DNA of 64,000 bases from a bacterium HR30 (GTDB lineage: Bacteria > Desulfobacterota > Binatia > HRBIN30). Location of the stretch: positions 380-64,379 of the forward strand of contig BEIG01000002.1 in the NCBI GenBank assembly GCA_002898795.1, written 5' to 3'. Of this stretch, positions 9,030 through 19,021 are shown piece after piece. The first letter of the stretch is position 1, and each line of letters begins with the position of its first letter. Made by a program: the position numbers and the translations under genes. The notes beneath the pieces are model-generated. The model was not told where the DNA came from. It searched no databases and was given only the letters and a program-made list of their open reading frames with translations.

Positions 9030-11870
9030 GGGAAAGCTCCAATACTCAGCAGCTTATCTTCACGATTTGCACACCGAAGGCCACAGCGGCAACAGTGACG
9101 CCCCGTGCCCTTGCTTCATCGCTGCCAGGGCTGGTTCCAGAACTTCTGCCCACGCGGAATTAGTATGGCCGTGCCGGCCAAACTGGAGGTGCCTTCGCCT
9201 AGGCGGCGCCTATGGATTCGACGGACAGCACTCGTGCTCCTACCTGTTTCCAATACAGCTCAGCCTTGGCCCACGGCCGGACTATCACCCGTGTGTGCTT
9301 CGGGGTCCGCATCGTGGCGACCTCGGACCAGCATCGAGAATTTCTATCCCCGTGCTGGCACCAGGCATCGCAGCTTGTTCCTCCGCCCGCTCCCGGCAAT
9401 TTCGACGCATCCTTTCACCTCGGCAAGATTCCTTGGGCATGAACGATGCAGAACCTCCCAGCAGAGCCGGCCACCCTTGCAGCCGCAAGCTAAGAGTCGC
9501 AAGCGGTTCGGATCGCTCCGCTGGAAGTCGCGGCGGTGCTCGCGGTTTCCTGTGACAGGCAAGCGCTGTTCTCCTGCCGTGGCGACGCAAGCGGTTCTAG
9601 GTTCTCTCCGAACCGGCACCACCGTTCCGTGCAACGGCAGCCAGTGCAACCACGCAAGGTGCGGTAGCGTCCCCGCGTCACGCCCGGCAACTTTTGCAGC
9701 GGCTACCGCAACGCCCTGTTCCCCTTTTGCACATCCCGAGGCGCTGGTTTGTTCTTAGGTGCTCGCTGCAGGCACCCGGCGCCTCTGGCTTTCCCACGCG
9801 GTGGTGCAGCGCCCGCAACCGGCGAATCAGCGGGCAACGACGGTGCTCACCGTGCAAAGGTTCCCTAAGCGCGGACCGGGAAGTGACGAGGCCACGCTTC
9901 CAGCGTGATCTAACTTTCAGATCCTCCTCTGCGTCGAACCAAAAAGTTCAACGAATCGGTGCTCGATCTCCAGTTGCGCTGCCATTCACCGCCGTCCGAT
10001 TGTGGTTCCACGGCATCACGACTCGCTTCGCCAACCGCCACGCCGCCAAAGAGCCCGCTCGCACGCCAGAAAACGGAAAGAACCTTGTGAGAAGGGGAAA
10101 AAGGGGGCACTGCCATTTTCTCCAGGGCCGGCTCGGTGAGTCACACGACGAGGGACGCCTTCCTCGGCCCTACCTTGAATCCGGACGCTACCGAGCCAGC
10201 CAGCACAGCGAACGCTCCATGGTTCGGGGGCTTACTCGTCTCCGGCTGGCGTTACCCGTTCTCGGACACGGATGCTACCGCTCCGCCGCCCCGTGCGTGA
10301 CTTCATCCTTACCCGCGTCCTTCAGCCGCCCCGGTGGAAGCTACACGAAGACAAGACCGATTTCGCACGTGTGCGCGACACTGTCCTGTTCGGCACCAGT
10401 GCGTCGAGGTCGGCCAATCTCTTGCCGCTCTACCCGTTTGGATAGCGACACCATCGGCAACAGCTCCCTTGTCCAGGAGCCGTCTGAAAAGGTGGGCCTC
10501 ACCGATAGTCAACTTAGGGAACGGCGCGCCCTATTCTCGCCCACGGGATCGCGTAGTTCGCTGAATTCGCGCCAGCCGTGGCGCAACGAAGTGAAGGGAA
10601 TTGCTTCGACCAGGCTGCCCGAGTGGGGCAGGAATTCGCCCAGGATTGGGGGGCTCCTGCCGCGGCACCCCACCTCGGGCCCTGTATCGTGTGCCCTGCC
10701 GGTGCGCCCAGCTCATCGGATGAGTTCGGATGTCTCCCTCACGAGCTTGGAGAGAAGTACCACGAGTTACCTCGTTGACCGTAGTGACCGCACCTTGGGC
10801 GCGCGCTACCCAAGGTGAGTCGGGCCCGCCGAGGGGTCGGCCGTGATCCCGATGTTCCGGCCCAATACCACCTCAATTTATCCCCACCCGTGCTTTCGAG
10901 GCACCGAGTCCACCCGCTTTACGACTCGATCCAGCGGCGCCACTCGCAACGCGTTCGCCCACGCCACCTCGGTCTACGGGTCTCCCGCTGTTCGGCGGCT
11001 ACTGCTCAACGCAGAACGAGAACTTTGACGCAAACCCTAACTGCTTCCGCCAAGCCGCACCGGCGTGGAAGCAGGATGCTCGTCGAACAACCCTTCGTAG
11101 TGCCGGCGGGCGCGGGGCGGCCTCGGCTCGGCTTAGCTCGCCTCGCGGGAACTGTAGAGCAAGCGACTTGTTGCGAGCAGTCAGGTTGCTGGGACCACCG
11201 CCCAACCCTCCGTTGGCACACGCTTCTAGTCGGCACGCGCTAGTCTTGAACCGTGTTCCTTGACACCGTGCGTCTCCTTTTCTAGCCGCTGCTTATGCGG
11301 TGGGTTTGGCTGCTGCTCGTGCTGCTCAGCATGTGGACAACTCCGCTGGCAAAGAGCGCGGCGGATGAAGCAGCTTTGAGCGATCCGCGCGTATGCTCCA
11401 ACGAAGGCAGCCTTCCGGATACGGGGGAGCAAGCGCTCATCCTGCCTCGCAGCCGTGGGCAGCGGTCTGACCGTGTATCGGCACCGAGTCGAACCCTCGG
11501 ATGCCTCCGTGTAAGCCCCGTGCCGGAGGGCTTGGGTCGACCATACGCCTGTTCGTGGCATGGGCCGAACCCAAGCGCCTTCTCCCTCCTAGCCCGACAC
11601 AAGCTGCTGGGCATTCTTCGTTGTTAACCCAGCGCGCTAACGGATTGTCGGAAAGCCTCGCTTCGGCAACCGCCACCTAAGCGCCACCGGCGTTCACGCG
11701 ATTCTAAGAAGGTACCAGCCGGCGGCGAGACACGGTTGCGCATGTGGGCCCGATCCAGGAAATCGAGCCACATTGCAGCATCGCTACGGTTCACTGTTGG
11801 GCAGGGAGACACCGTGGAGCAGCGCGATGTGGCCACGAAACACGATGGTGCAAAAACGCTTGGAGGTCAC
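9030..11870. other. 2.84-kb ORF-free, GC-rich divergent intergenic tract (candidate large structured RNA or decayed locus)
   Basis: Every frame on both strands gives only short, overlapping R/S/P-rich ORFs; the longest (9694..10818) has junk composition. There is no RBS/start context. Both flanking genes are transcribed away from it. No 16S/23S/RNase P/tmRNA signature strings were found by eye. Confidence 0.5.
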
Positions 11871-13157
11871 GTGATTTTTCGTAAGATTCTCTTCCTCAAA
11901 CAACCGCAGCGATTCGCGCTTGTCTGTGTGGCAAGCTTAACGGCCGGCTTGCTGCCTCAGTTTGCAGCCGCACGCGTCGTGACGTGGAGAGAGGCTCTCG
12001 ATATGGCAGAGACCTCCCACCCGCGGCTGCGCGCTGCCATCGCTGAAGCTGACGCTGGTCGTGCAGCGGTTCGGACAGCTCGAGCCATTCCAAACCCGCA
12101 GCTCGCTGCGGCTGGGGGCCACCAAGCCGTTCGTGTAGCTGGCAACGTCGGCGGTACGGCATACTCCGTGGCGGCAACACAGCCCCTCGACTTTGGCCCC
12201 GTTCGCAGCACGCGCGTGTCGCTTGCCGAAGCGGAACAAAGACGCGCAGAGCTCAACGTCGAGTTGGTGCGCCTCGAAGTTCTCAGTGCTGCCCGGCGCG
12301 CTTTCTTCGAGGCACTACGACAAAGAGACGAACTCGCCCTGTTGCAGGACAACGTTCGCCTCGTGCAGGACCTTTTGCGAAAAGTTGCGCTTCGGGTGGA
12401 GGTGGGCGAAGGGGCACGGCTCGAAGCCATTCGGGCCGAGGCCGAGGTGGCTCTCGCTGTTACGGCGGCGAACAAGGCCGAACTCGAACGCGCCCGCACG
12501 TTGGCCGAGCTGAAGAATGCTATCGGTCTACTGCCGACGGTCCCGCTCGAAATCGATGGAGCTCCCGACCCGCCGCGTCCCTTGTTTCCCCTCGATCAAC
12601 TTCGTGCTGAGGTAACGGCAAAACACCCCGCGTTGCTCTTGTCCCGTGCCGAAGTAGCGTCCGCCCAGGCCCGACTCTCGTACGAGTCGGCGCTACGGTT
12701 GCCGCAGGCCTCGTTTTTAACCCAAGTGGATTACCCGCCCGACACCCCTGTATATCTCTTTGGCTTCGAACTGCCGGTTCCTCTGTGGAACCTCCGTCAA
12801 GGGCCCATTGCCGAGGCCCAAGCGCAACTGCGGCGCGCACAAGAGCTGGCGCGCATTCGCGAGCTCGAATTGCTTGCCCGCTTAGAAGCCTCCTACCAAC
12901 GATACCAGATCGCCGCACAACAAGTGCGGGCCATCGAGAGCGCTTTGTTGCGGGAGGCCGAGCAAGCGCTTGAAGCTACCGAGGCTGCCTACCGACTTGG
13001 GGAAAGAGGCTTGCTCGACGTACTCGACGCACAACGGGTTTTACGACAAGTTCGCTTGAGCCTGGTACAAGCGCAGTACGAGCGGCAGGCAGCGCTCATC
13101 GACCTCGACGAACTGCGTGCGGTCGACCCGCGTCACGAACCCGACCTCAAACAGTAA
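11871..13157 (+). CDS. Outer-membrane efflux protein (TolC/CzcC family) of an RND system
   Basis: GTG start 11871 preceded by GGAGG. Signal peptide-like N-terminus (ILFLKQPQRFALVCVASLTAGLLPQFAAA), then the two coiled-coil/beta repeats typical of OMF proteins. First gene of an OMF-MFP-RND operon. Confidence 0.8.
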   Translation: MIFRKILFLKQPQRFALVCVASLTAGLLPQFAAARVVTWREALDMAETSHPRLRAAIAEADAGRAAVRTARAIPNPQLAAAGGHQAVRVAGNVGGTAYSVAATQPLDFGPVRSTRVSLAEAEQRRAELNVELVRLEVLSAARRAFFEALRQRDELALLQDNVRLVQDLLRKVALRVEVGEGARLEAIRAEAEVALAVTAANKAELERARTLAELKNAIGLLPTVPLEIDGAPDPPRPLFPLDQLRAEVTAKHPALLLSRAEVASAQARLSYESALRLPQASFLTQVDYPPDTPVYLFGFELPVPLWNLRQGPIAEAQAQLRRAQELARIRELELLARLEASYQRYQIAAQQVRAIESALLREAEQALEATEAAYRLGERGLLDVLDAQRVLRQVRLSLVQAQYERQAALIDLDELRAVDPRHEPDLKQ

Positions 13158-13181
13158 ACGCGAGATCAGACGAGGAAAGCC

Positions 13182-14360
13182 ATGCACTACGAAGCGCGCA
13201 TCCTCCTCTACTTATTTGGGATCACGACTTTAGCCCTGGCTCTTGGCTGCGGACAGGAGTCGAAACCAGTTGGGGCGGCCACGGCCAAGGAGAAGCATGA
13301 GGACAATCCGTACGAAGTCACAGCCGCGCCCCACCTGATGGAGCGCCTCACGGTTGGGCCGCCGCAAACCGGCGCGGTCAGCCCCAAAATCCCCGTTCCC
13401 GCACGCATCGAGGTGGATGAAACCCGAGCGGTTCTCCTGGGATCACCCGTGCTCGGCCGAGTGATCCAACTCCCGGTCATCGAAGGACAGCCCGTGCACC
13501 GCGGCCAGCTCGTTGGAGTCATTCACGGAGCGGATCTCACCGCAGCGCAAGAAGAGTTCCTCAAGGCGCTGGCCAAGAAACAAGTGGCACACCGCTCTGT
13601 GGAGCGAGCCAAGGTTTTGCTCGAAGGCGGCGTAATCAGTGTGGCCGAATTCCACCGTCGGGAAATGGAACTGGCCGAAGCAACCGCGGAACTTTTGGCG
13701 TTGCGGGATCGGCTTGCGATGTTTGGAATGACTGCCGAAAGCATCCAAACCTTGGAGCGAACCCGCCGAATCGATTCGGCCCTGCGAATCACGGCGCCCA
13801 TCGACGGCCTGCTGCTCGATCGTCGCGTCACCATTGGGCAAGTCGTCCAACCCGGCGAGACACTCTTCGAGATTGCCGATCTCTCCAGCGTATGGCTCGT
13901 CGCCGATATACCCGAACAGTACGCCGCTATGCTGTTTCCCGGGCAACCGGCCGAGGCGGAAATTACCGCGCTCAACGGACTCTCGCTCCGGGGCACCCTT
14001 TCTTTCGTCGCCCCCATCGTAAGCCCGGAAACACGCACCATCCGGGTCCGCATGGAGCTCCCCAATCCCGACGGCAGGCTCAAACCGGCCATGATGGCCA
14101 AGATGGTGCTGCTCGGACCGGCCGAAACGCGCACTCTCGTGCCCCTCACCGCGGTCGTACGAGAGGCCAACCAAAATTTCGTGTTCGTCCAATCTGGACC
14201 CAATACCTTCTCCCTCCGCCCGGTTACCCTGGGTGACGAGCTGGGCGATCAGCGCGTGGTGCTTTCCGGAATCGATGCCAAAGAGCAGATCGTCTTGGAC
14301 GGCGCATTCCATCTGAACAACGAGAGGCGGGTGCAGAAGCTGCGCGGGGAGGCAAGCTGA
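13182..14360 (+). CDS. RND efflux periplasmic adaptor (membrane fusion protein, CzcB/CusB-like)
   Basis: N-terminal lipoprotein-like signal (LALALGCGQES), HlyD/biotinyl-lipoyl/beta-barrel MFP architecture. Confidence 0.8.
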   Translation: MHYEARILLYLFGITTLALALGCGQESKPVGAATAKEKHEDNPYEVTAAPHLMERLTVGPPQTGAVSPKIPVPARIEVDETRAVLLGSPVLGRVIQLPVIEGQPVHRGQLVGVIHGADLTAAQEEFLKALAKKQVAHRSVERAKVLLEGGVISVAEFHRREMELAEATAELLALRDRLAMFGMTAESIQTLERTRRIDSALRITAPIDGLLLDRRVTIGQVVQPGETLFEIADLSSVWLVADIPEQYAAMLFPGQPAEAEITALNGLSLRGTLSFVAPIVSPETRTIRVRMELPNPDGRLKPAMMAKMVLLGPAETRTLVPLTAVVREANQNFVFVQSGPNTFSLRPVTLGDELGDQRVVLSGIDAKEQIVLDGAFHLNNERRVQKLRGEAS

Positions 14361-14363
14361 GCC

Positions 14364-17300
14364 ATGCTTCCGTTGCTCATTCAGTGGGCGCTGAATCAGC
14401 GCATCACGGTTATTGTTCTCGCCGTCGTGGGGCTGCTTTTTGGCCTGCGCTCGCTGCGTACCTTACCGATCGATGCCTTTCCCGACGTAACCAATGTGCA
14501 AGTGCAAGTGGCCACCGAGGTGCCCGGACGCTCCCCCGACGAAGTCGAGCGCTTGGCCACCATCCCGGTGGAAATTACCATGACGGGCCTTCCTGGGCTC
14601 GTCGAAATGCGGTCGCAAAACGAGCCTGGCCTTTCGATCGTGACCCTCGTGTTTACCGACGACACCCCGGTGTACTTTGCGCGTCAGCTCGTGGCCGAGC
14701 GCCTGGCCGAGGTTCGCGCACGCATCCCAGAGGGACTCAATCCCGTGCTCGGCCCCGTGTCGACCGCGTTGAGTGAGGTCTACCAGTACACGTTAGAGCG
14801 ACCGGACGACGGCGATCGCCCGCTGACCAAGGAGGAGCTGCTCGAACGGCGCACGATTCAGGACTGGGTGGTGCGGCCCTTACTCCGCTCCGTGCCAGGT
14901 GTTGCTGAGATCAACTCGACTGGTGGGTATGTCAAACAATACCAGGTTCTTGTCGACCCGTTTCGCCTGCGCCTCTACGGGGTGACGATCAAGGACGTGC
15001 AAGAGGCCCTTGCACGCAACAACGCAAATTCCAGCGGGGGTATCCTGCCGCGCGGCCCCGAGATTCTGCTGGTTGGAGGCTTTGCCTTGATTCGGCAGCT
15101 CGAGGAAATCGGTTCCATCGTGCTGAAAGAAGTCGGCGGCACCCCCGTTTTTATCCGCGACGTGGCCGACGTGCGGGTGGGGGAAGAAGTCCGCTACGGG
15201 GCGATGGTGAAGGGAGGTCAAGGCGAAGCAGTAGGCGGGATCGTGATGATGGTGGCCGGCGGCAACGCGAAGGAAATCGTGTCGGCCATCAAAAAACGGG
15301 TGGAAGAAATCAACGACAAGCAACTGCTGCCCGGCGGCCTGAGAATTGTGCCCTATTACGACCGGTCGAAACTCGTCGATGCCGCGCTCGCCACCGTAAG
15401 CCGCGTGTTGCTCGAAGGCATCGTCCTCGTCGTTGTTGTTCTGTTCCTGTACCTGGGCGACGTTCGCTCGAGTCTTATCGTCATCGCCACGCTGTTGGTA
15501 ACTCCGGCCGTTACGTTTCTCCTGATGAACTACCTTGGCATGTCTGCCAACCTGATGTCGCTCGGCGGACTCGCGATTGCCATTGGGCTCATGATCGATG
15601 GCTCCGTGGTTGTCGTGGAAAATGTATTCTCCCGGCTGGCCCAAGCCCAGGGCCGCGACCGACTGCAAGTGGTGCGCGAGGCGGCCTGCGAGGTTGGTGT
15701 GCCCGTGACCTTCGGCGTCGGGGTGATCATCCTCGTTTTCCTACCGCTCATGACCTTCACTGGCATGGAAGGAAAGCTCTTCGCGCCGTTGGCGTATACG
15801 ATCGCACTGGCCTTGGCCGTGTCGTTGGTGTTGTCGCTGACGTTATCTCCGGTGTTGTGCGTGTACTTCCTGCGCGGAGGTCAGGAACACGAAACCAAGC
15901 TGGTCAGGGTGCTGAAGCGGCCGTACAGTTGGCTGTTGCGTCAGGCGGTTGCGCGGCCCGGGCTGACTCTGGCAACGGCTGCCGGTCTGTTCCTGCTGGC
16001 ACTGGCTCTTTTTCCTTATCTCGGAACGTCGTTCATTCCCGAACTCAAGGAAGGGACCATTTCCCCGAACATCAATCGTGCTCCGAACATTGCGCTCGAC
16101 GAATCCATCAAGATGGAGCTCGAGGCACAGCGATTGGTCAAGGATATCCCCGGCGTCGAGTACGTCGTGTCCAGACTCGGCCGAGGAGAATCCCCTATCG
16201 ATCCCGCCGGTTACAACGAAACGGACATGATGATCGAACTGTTGCCCCCTGCAAAGCGGGGCGGGCGCACCCAGGATGAAATCGCAGAGGAAGTGCGCAG
16301 GCGGCTGTCCGTACTGCCCGGTGTGAACATCGTCATGGCGCAGCCAATTTCCGACCGCGTCGACGAAATGGTTACCGGCGTTCGGGCCGACATTGCCGTG
16401 AAGATTTTCGGTGACGACCTAGACCTCTTGCTGGGAAAGGCCACCGAAGTCGTGAAGGTAGCGAACACGATTCGGGGGACTGGAGAAATCAAAGTCGACC
16501 GTGTGGGAGGCCAGCACAATCTCCGCATCGTGGTCGACCGCCAGGCGATTGCTCGTCATGGACTCGATGCCGCGGACGTCCATGACGTTATCGAAGCCGC
16601 TGTGGGAGGCAGAGGCGTCACCGAGATTTACGAGGGGGAACGACGGTTCCAGGTGGTGGTGCGATACCCGGAGCACCTCCGCAATAGCGTTTCCGCGATT
16701 GCCAACATCAACGTGAACGGCCCACAAGGAGAGCCCATCCCCTTGCACGCGTTAGCCCAAGTCGAAGTGCAAGAAGGATTGTCGCAAATCAAACGCGAGC
16801 AAGGGCGGCGGAGAATTGCTGTGGCCATCAACGTGCGCGACCGCGACCTCGGGGGCTACGTGGCCGAACTCCAGCGGGAGGTCGAACGCCGCGTGCCTCT
16901 TCCCCCCGGGTACTTTTTCGAGTGGGGCGGCCAGTTCGAAAATATGCAGCGGGCGCGCGCGCATCTCGCAGTCATCGTGCCTATTACGATCGCAGCCATC
17001 TTTTTCCTGCTCTTTTTGCTGTTCGGGTCGCTGCGCTTGTCCGCCCTCATCATCTTGGTGCTACCGTTTGCCTCCATTGGCGGGGTGATTGGGTTGTTTT
17101 TGAGCGGTGAGTATCTCTCGGTTCCAGCTTCGATCGGTTTTATCGCTCTCTGGGGCATCGCCGTGCTGAACGGCGTCGTTTTGGTTTCCTACATTCGCAC
17201 CCTCCGGCAACAAGGCATGCCCGTGCTGGCAGCGGTCATCGATGGCGCGCACCGCCGCTTTCGGCCGGTGATGATGACGGCAACCGTGGCAGCTCTTGGT

Positions 17301-17468
17301 TTGGTGCCGTTCCTCTTTGCCACAGGAGTTGGTGCAGAAGTGCAAAAACCGTTGGCCGTGGTCGTGATCAGCGGCCTCGTATCATCCACCGTGCTCACTC
17401 TGGTGGTCATCCCTGCCCTGTATCGCTTTTTCGACACCACCGCCGAAAAGCAAAGCGCCGTGCAGTGA
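14364..17468 (+). CDS. czcA: RND heavy-metal efflux pump, CzcA/CusA (HME) family
   Basis: 1034 aa, 12-TM RND fold. The N-terminus MLPLLIQWALNQRITVIVLAVV...IDAFPDVTNVQVQV is characteristic of the CzcA/CusA subfamily. Confidence 0.85.
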   Translation: MLPLLIQWALNQRITVIVLAVVGLLFGLRSLRTLPIDAFPDVTNVQVQVATEVPGRSPDEVERLATIPVEITMTGLPGLVEMRSQNEPGLSIVTLVFTDDTPVYFARQLVAERLAEVRARIPEGLNPVLGPVSTALSEVYQYTLERPDDGDRPLTKEELLERRTIQDWVVRPLLRSVPGVAEINSTGGYVKQYQVLVDPFRLRLYGVTIKDVQEALARNNANSSGGILPRGPEILLVGGFALIRQLEEIGSIVLKEVGGTPVFIRDVADVRVGEEVRYGAMVKGGQGEAVGGIVMMVAGGNAKEIVSAIKKRVEEINDKQLLPGGLRIVPYYDRSKLVDAALATVSRVLLEGIVLVVVVLFLYLGDVRSSLIVIATLLVTPAVTFLLMNYLGMSANLMSLGGLAIAIGLMIDGSVVVVENVFSRLAQAQGRDRLQVVREAACEVGVPVTFGVGVIILVFLPLMTFTGMEGKLFAPLAYTIALALAVSLVLSLTLSPVLCVYFLRGGQEHETKLVRVLKRPYSWLLRQAVARPGLTLATAAGLFLLALALFPYLGTSFIPELKEGTISPNINRAPNIALDESIKMELEAQRLVKDIPGVEYVVSRLGRGESPIDPAGYNETDMMIELLPPAKRGGRTQDEIAEEVRRRLSVLPGVNIVMAQPISDRVDEMVTGVRADIAVKIFGDDLDLLLGKATEVVKVANTIRGTGEIKVDRVGGQHNLRIVVDRQAIARHGLDAADVHDVIEAAVGGRGVTEIYEGERRFQVVVRYPEHLRNSVSAIANINVNGPQGEPIPLHALAQVEVQEGLSQIKREQGRRRIAVAINVRDRDLGGYVAELQREVERRVPLPPGYFFEWGGQFENMQRARAHLAVIVPITIAAIFFLLFLLFGSLRLSALIILVLPFASIGGVIGLFLSGEYLSVPASIGFIALWGIAVLNGVVLVSYIRTLRQQGMPVLAAVIDGAHRRFRPVMMTATVAALGLVPFLFATGVGAEVQKPLAVVVISGLVSSTVLTLVVIPALYRFFDTTAEKQSAVQ

Positions 17469-17910
17469 CTACTTCTGTCCCTACTCCCACCGGTGGAACG
17501 AGCCGCCAGCAGGGTTGCATGCTCCGTAACGCACCACTGGTCTCCCGAGCGAACTCTCCGCTGGGCGCTCACCATCTGAACGACAACACAGGGGACAAGC
17601 GAGGGCACTGACGAACGAGGGGTAAATTTTCCTTTCCTGAACGGCGCGAGTCGGCAGTGACGATCGTCGCCGGGCCGCGCGGTCCAACGCGAGGAGAGAA
17701 TCCGTTCTCCTGACGTGCGTTGGTGTTGCGAGCGCAACCTTGCACGAAACGCGACTGCACTTCGAGGGAACCAGTCACCAAGCGCCACCAGCACGGTACC
17801 CGCACCACGGCACCCGCGCCCCATCCCGAGACGCCTCGCCGCTCTGACGGCGCGCGCCTCCGCACCCAGTGTGGGCGCGCCAATCTCCGGGGGCCATCTT
17901 ATGCAATGAG

Positions 17911-17939
17911 TTGCATTTTCTAATTGTGGAGCGTACAAA
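17911..17939 (+). promoter_or_regulatory. Sigma-70-like promoter (TTGCAT-17nt-TACAAA) overlapping the palindrome ATGCAAtgagTTGCAT, upstream of the cohesin/dockerin genes
   Basis: Read directly. Lies in an unusually AT-rich 40-bp patch. GGAGG RBS at 17952-17956, 9 nt before ATG 17966. Confidence 0.45.
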
Positions 17940-17965
17940 TGCACGTCTGCCGGAGGTCTCCCGGC

Positions 17966-18442
17966 ATGCGCCTTTTCTTTCTCGCCCGGTGCGGACGAGG
18001 GTGCACGGGAATGGTGCTCGGACCCGCACGAAATCGGGTTTTCGCGCAGGCCATGGTGTTGCGGCACCGTTGGTTTCGGCGGGGCATTTTCCTGATGGTG
18101 GCGGCCGTGCGCGAGGCGGTCTCTGGGGGCGCACTCGCGGCACCAGCGTGTCCGGCAGACTGCGACCGGAGCGGTAGCCTGGTCCACTCGGAACTCAGTG
18201 CCGCGGTTAGTGATGGGCTTACCCCCTCCAACGCAGGGGCACCGACACGTTGCCCGGCAGTCGATGCCGACGGCGACAGGGACTACGGCGTAGAGGATTT
18301 GATTCGCGGCGCCACGGCTCGGGGTGTGGGTTGCGTGTGGGTGGTGTCACCCGCAGGGTGGAGGGGAGCGGCAGTAGACGGGCTAAACGGCCAGCTTCTC
18401 ACCAGCGTTACGGTGTCTTCCAACCGTTGGCCCCTTCCATGA
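17966..18442 (+). CDS. Secreted protein with two dockerin-like Ca-binding repeats (CPADCDRSGSL...; AVDADGDRDYGVEDLIRG)
   Basis: Start chosen at the ATG 9 nt after GGAGG. Has an RRxFL-like motif (WFRRGIFLMVAAV). DxDxDG...DL loops resemble dockerin/EF-hand. Stop TGA overlaps the next ATG (ATGA). Confidence 0.5.
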   Translation: MRLFFLARCGRGCTGMVLGPARNRVFAQAMVLRHRWFRRGIFLMVAAVREAVSGGALAAPACPADCDRSGSLVHSELSAAVSDGLTPSNAGAPTRCPAVDADGDRDYGVEDLIRGATARGVGCVWVVSPAGWRGAAVDGLNGQLLTSVTVSSNRWPLP

Positions 18443-19008
18443 CGCCGACCCGCACTCCCACTCGCACGCCCACGGGGCCCACGCGGACGCCAACTTCCAC
18501 TCCGCCCACACCGCGGCTCCCAGGGCTTGCTGTGTTGATTCCCGATGTCGAAAGCGAGCCTGGGCACCGCGTTCCCTTAGACATTTACCTCGCCGGCGGC
18601 GAGCGAACGGTTGGGGGGCTACAATTCGATCTCCTGCTGCCACAAGCTGCAGTGGCATCGCTGAACCTCGGCGAAACTTCCTCCGATTGCGTACTCCCAG
18701 CAGAACTCACGGCAACGCATCGCCTACGTGCAGCCCATGCGCCGGATCGCCCTGTGACCGGATTCGATCGGGTGCGGGTGTTGGTGTTGGACGGCAACGT
18801 AACCGATACCGATTACAGCCCCACCGACACGCTCGCCGATGGCGTGGTCGTGCGTTGTTGGCTGACGGTTTTGAGCAATGCGCAACGCGGCAGGTACCCC
18901 CTGCGCATCGACCGCCCGCGCGCCGGTGACGTGCGCGGCACCTCTCTCTGGCCTATGCCGGGCAGAAGTTCCCTATGGGTCGGCGGGTGCACGGGAAGCT
19001 GCTGCTGA
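18439..19008 (+). CDS. Pro/Thr-rich linker plus cohesin-like domain protein (possibly the C-terminal half of the preceding gene via frameshift)
   Basis: MTPTRTPTRTPTGPTRTPTSTPPTP linker, then a cohesin-type beta-sandwich signature ...VPLDIYLAGGERTVGGLQFDLLLPQ...GRYPLRI. Confidence 0.55.
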   Translation: MTPTRTPTRTPTGPTRTPTSTPPTPRLPGLAVLIPDVESEPGHRVPLDIYLAGGERTVGGLQFDLLLPQAAVASLNLGETSSDCVLPAELTATHRLRAAHAPDRPVTGFDRVRVLVLDGNVTDTDYSPTDTLADGVVVRCWLTVLSNAQRGRYPLRIDRPRAGDVRGTSLWPMPGRSSLWVGGCTGSCC

Positions 19009-19021
19009 AGGAGGTCGGAAC

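Noticed and set aside
9694-10818. 374-aa ORF (and neighbours 9105..9758, 10815..11243) as protein-coding genes
   Set aside because: Translations are low-complexity Arg/Ser/Pro-rich with no hydrophobic periodicity. The ORFs overlap one another in different frames and lack RBS context. This is the typical open-frame artefact of GC-rich non-coding DNA.
9030-11870. rRNA gene (23S- or 16S-sized non-coding block)
   Set aside because: Scanned both strands for universal rRNA strings (GTGCCAGCAGCCGCGGTAA, sarcin-ricin AGTACGAGAGGACC, GGATGCCTTGGC, and the 16S 3' GGATCACCTCCTT) and found none. GC content is also higher than expected for rRNA.
13443-14312. Long antisense ORFs over the MFP/RND genes (13443..14312 -, 14880..15668 -, 17189..18187 -)
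   Set aside because: Opposite-strand shadows of well-supported genes, or R/S-rich junk crossing the 17.5-kb non-coding gap; no homology-like features.
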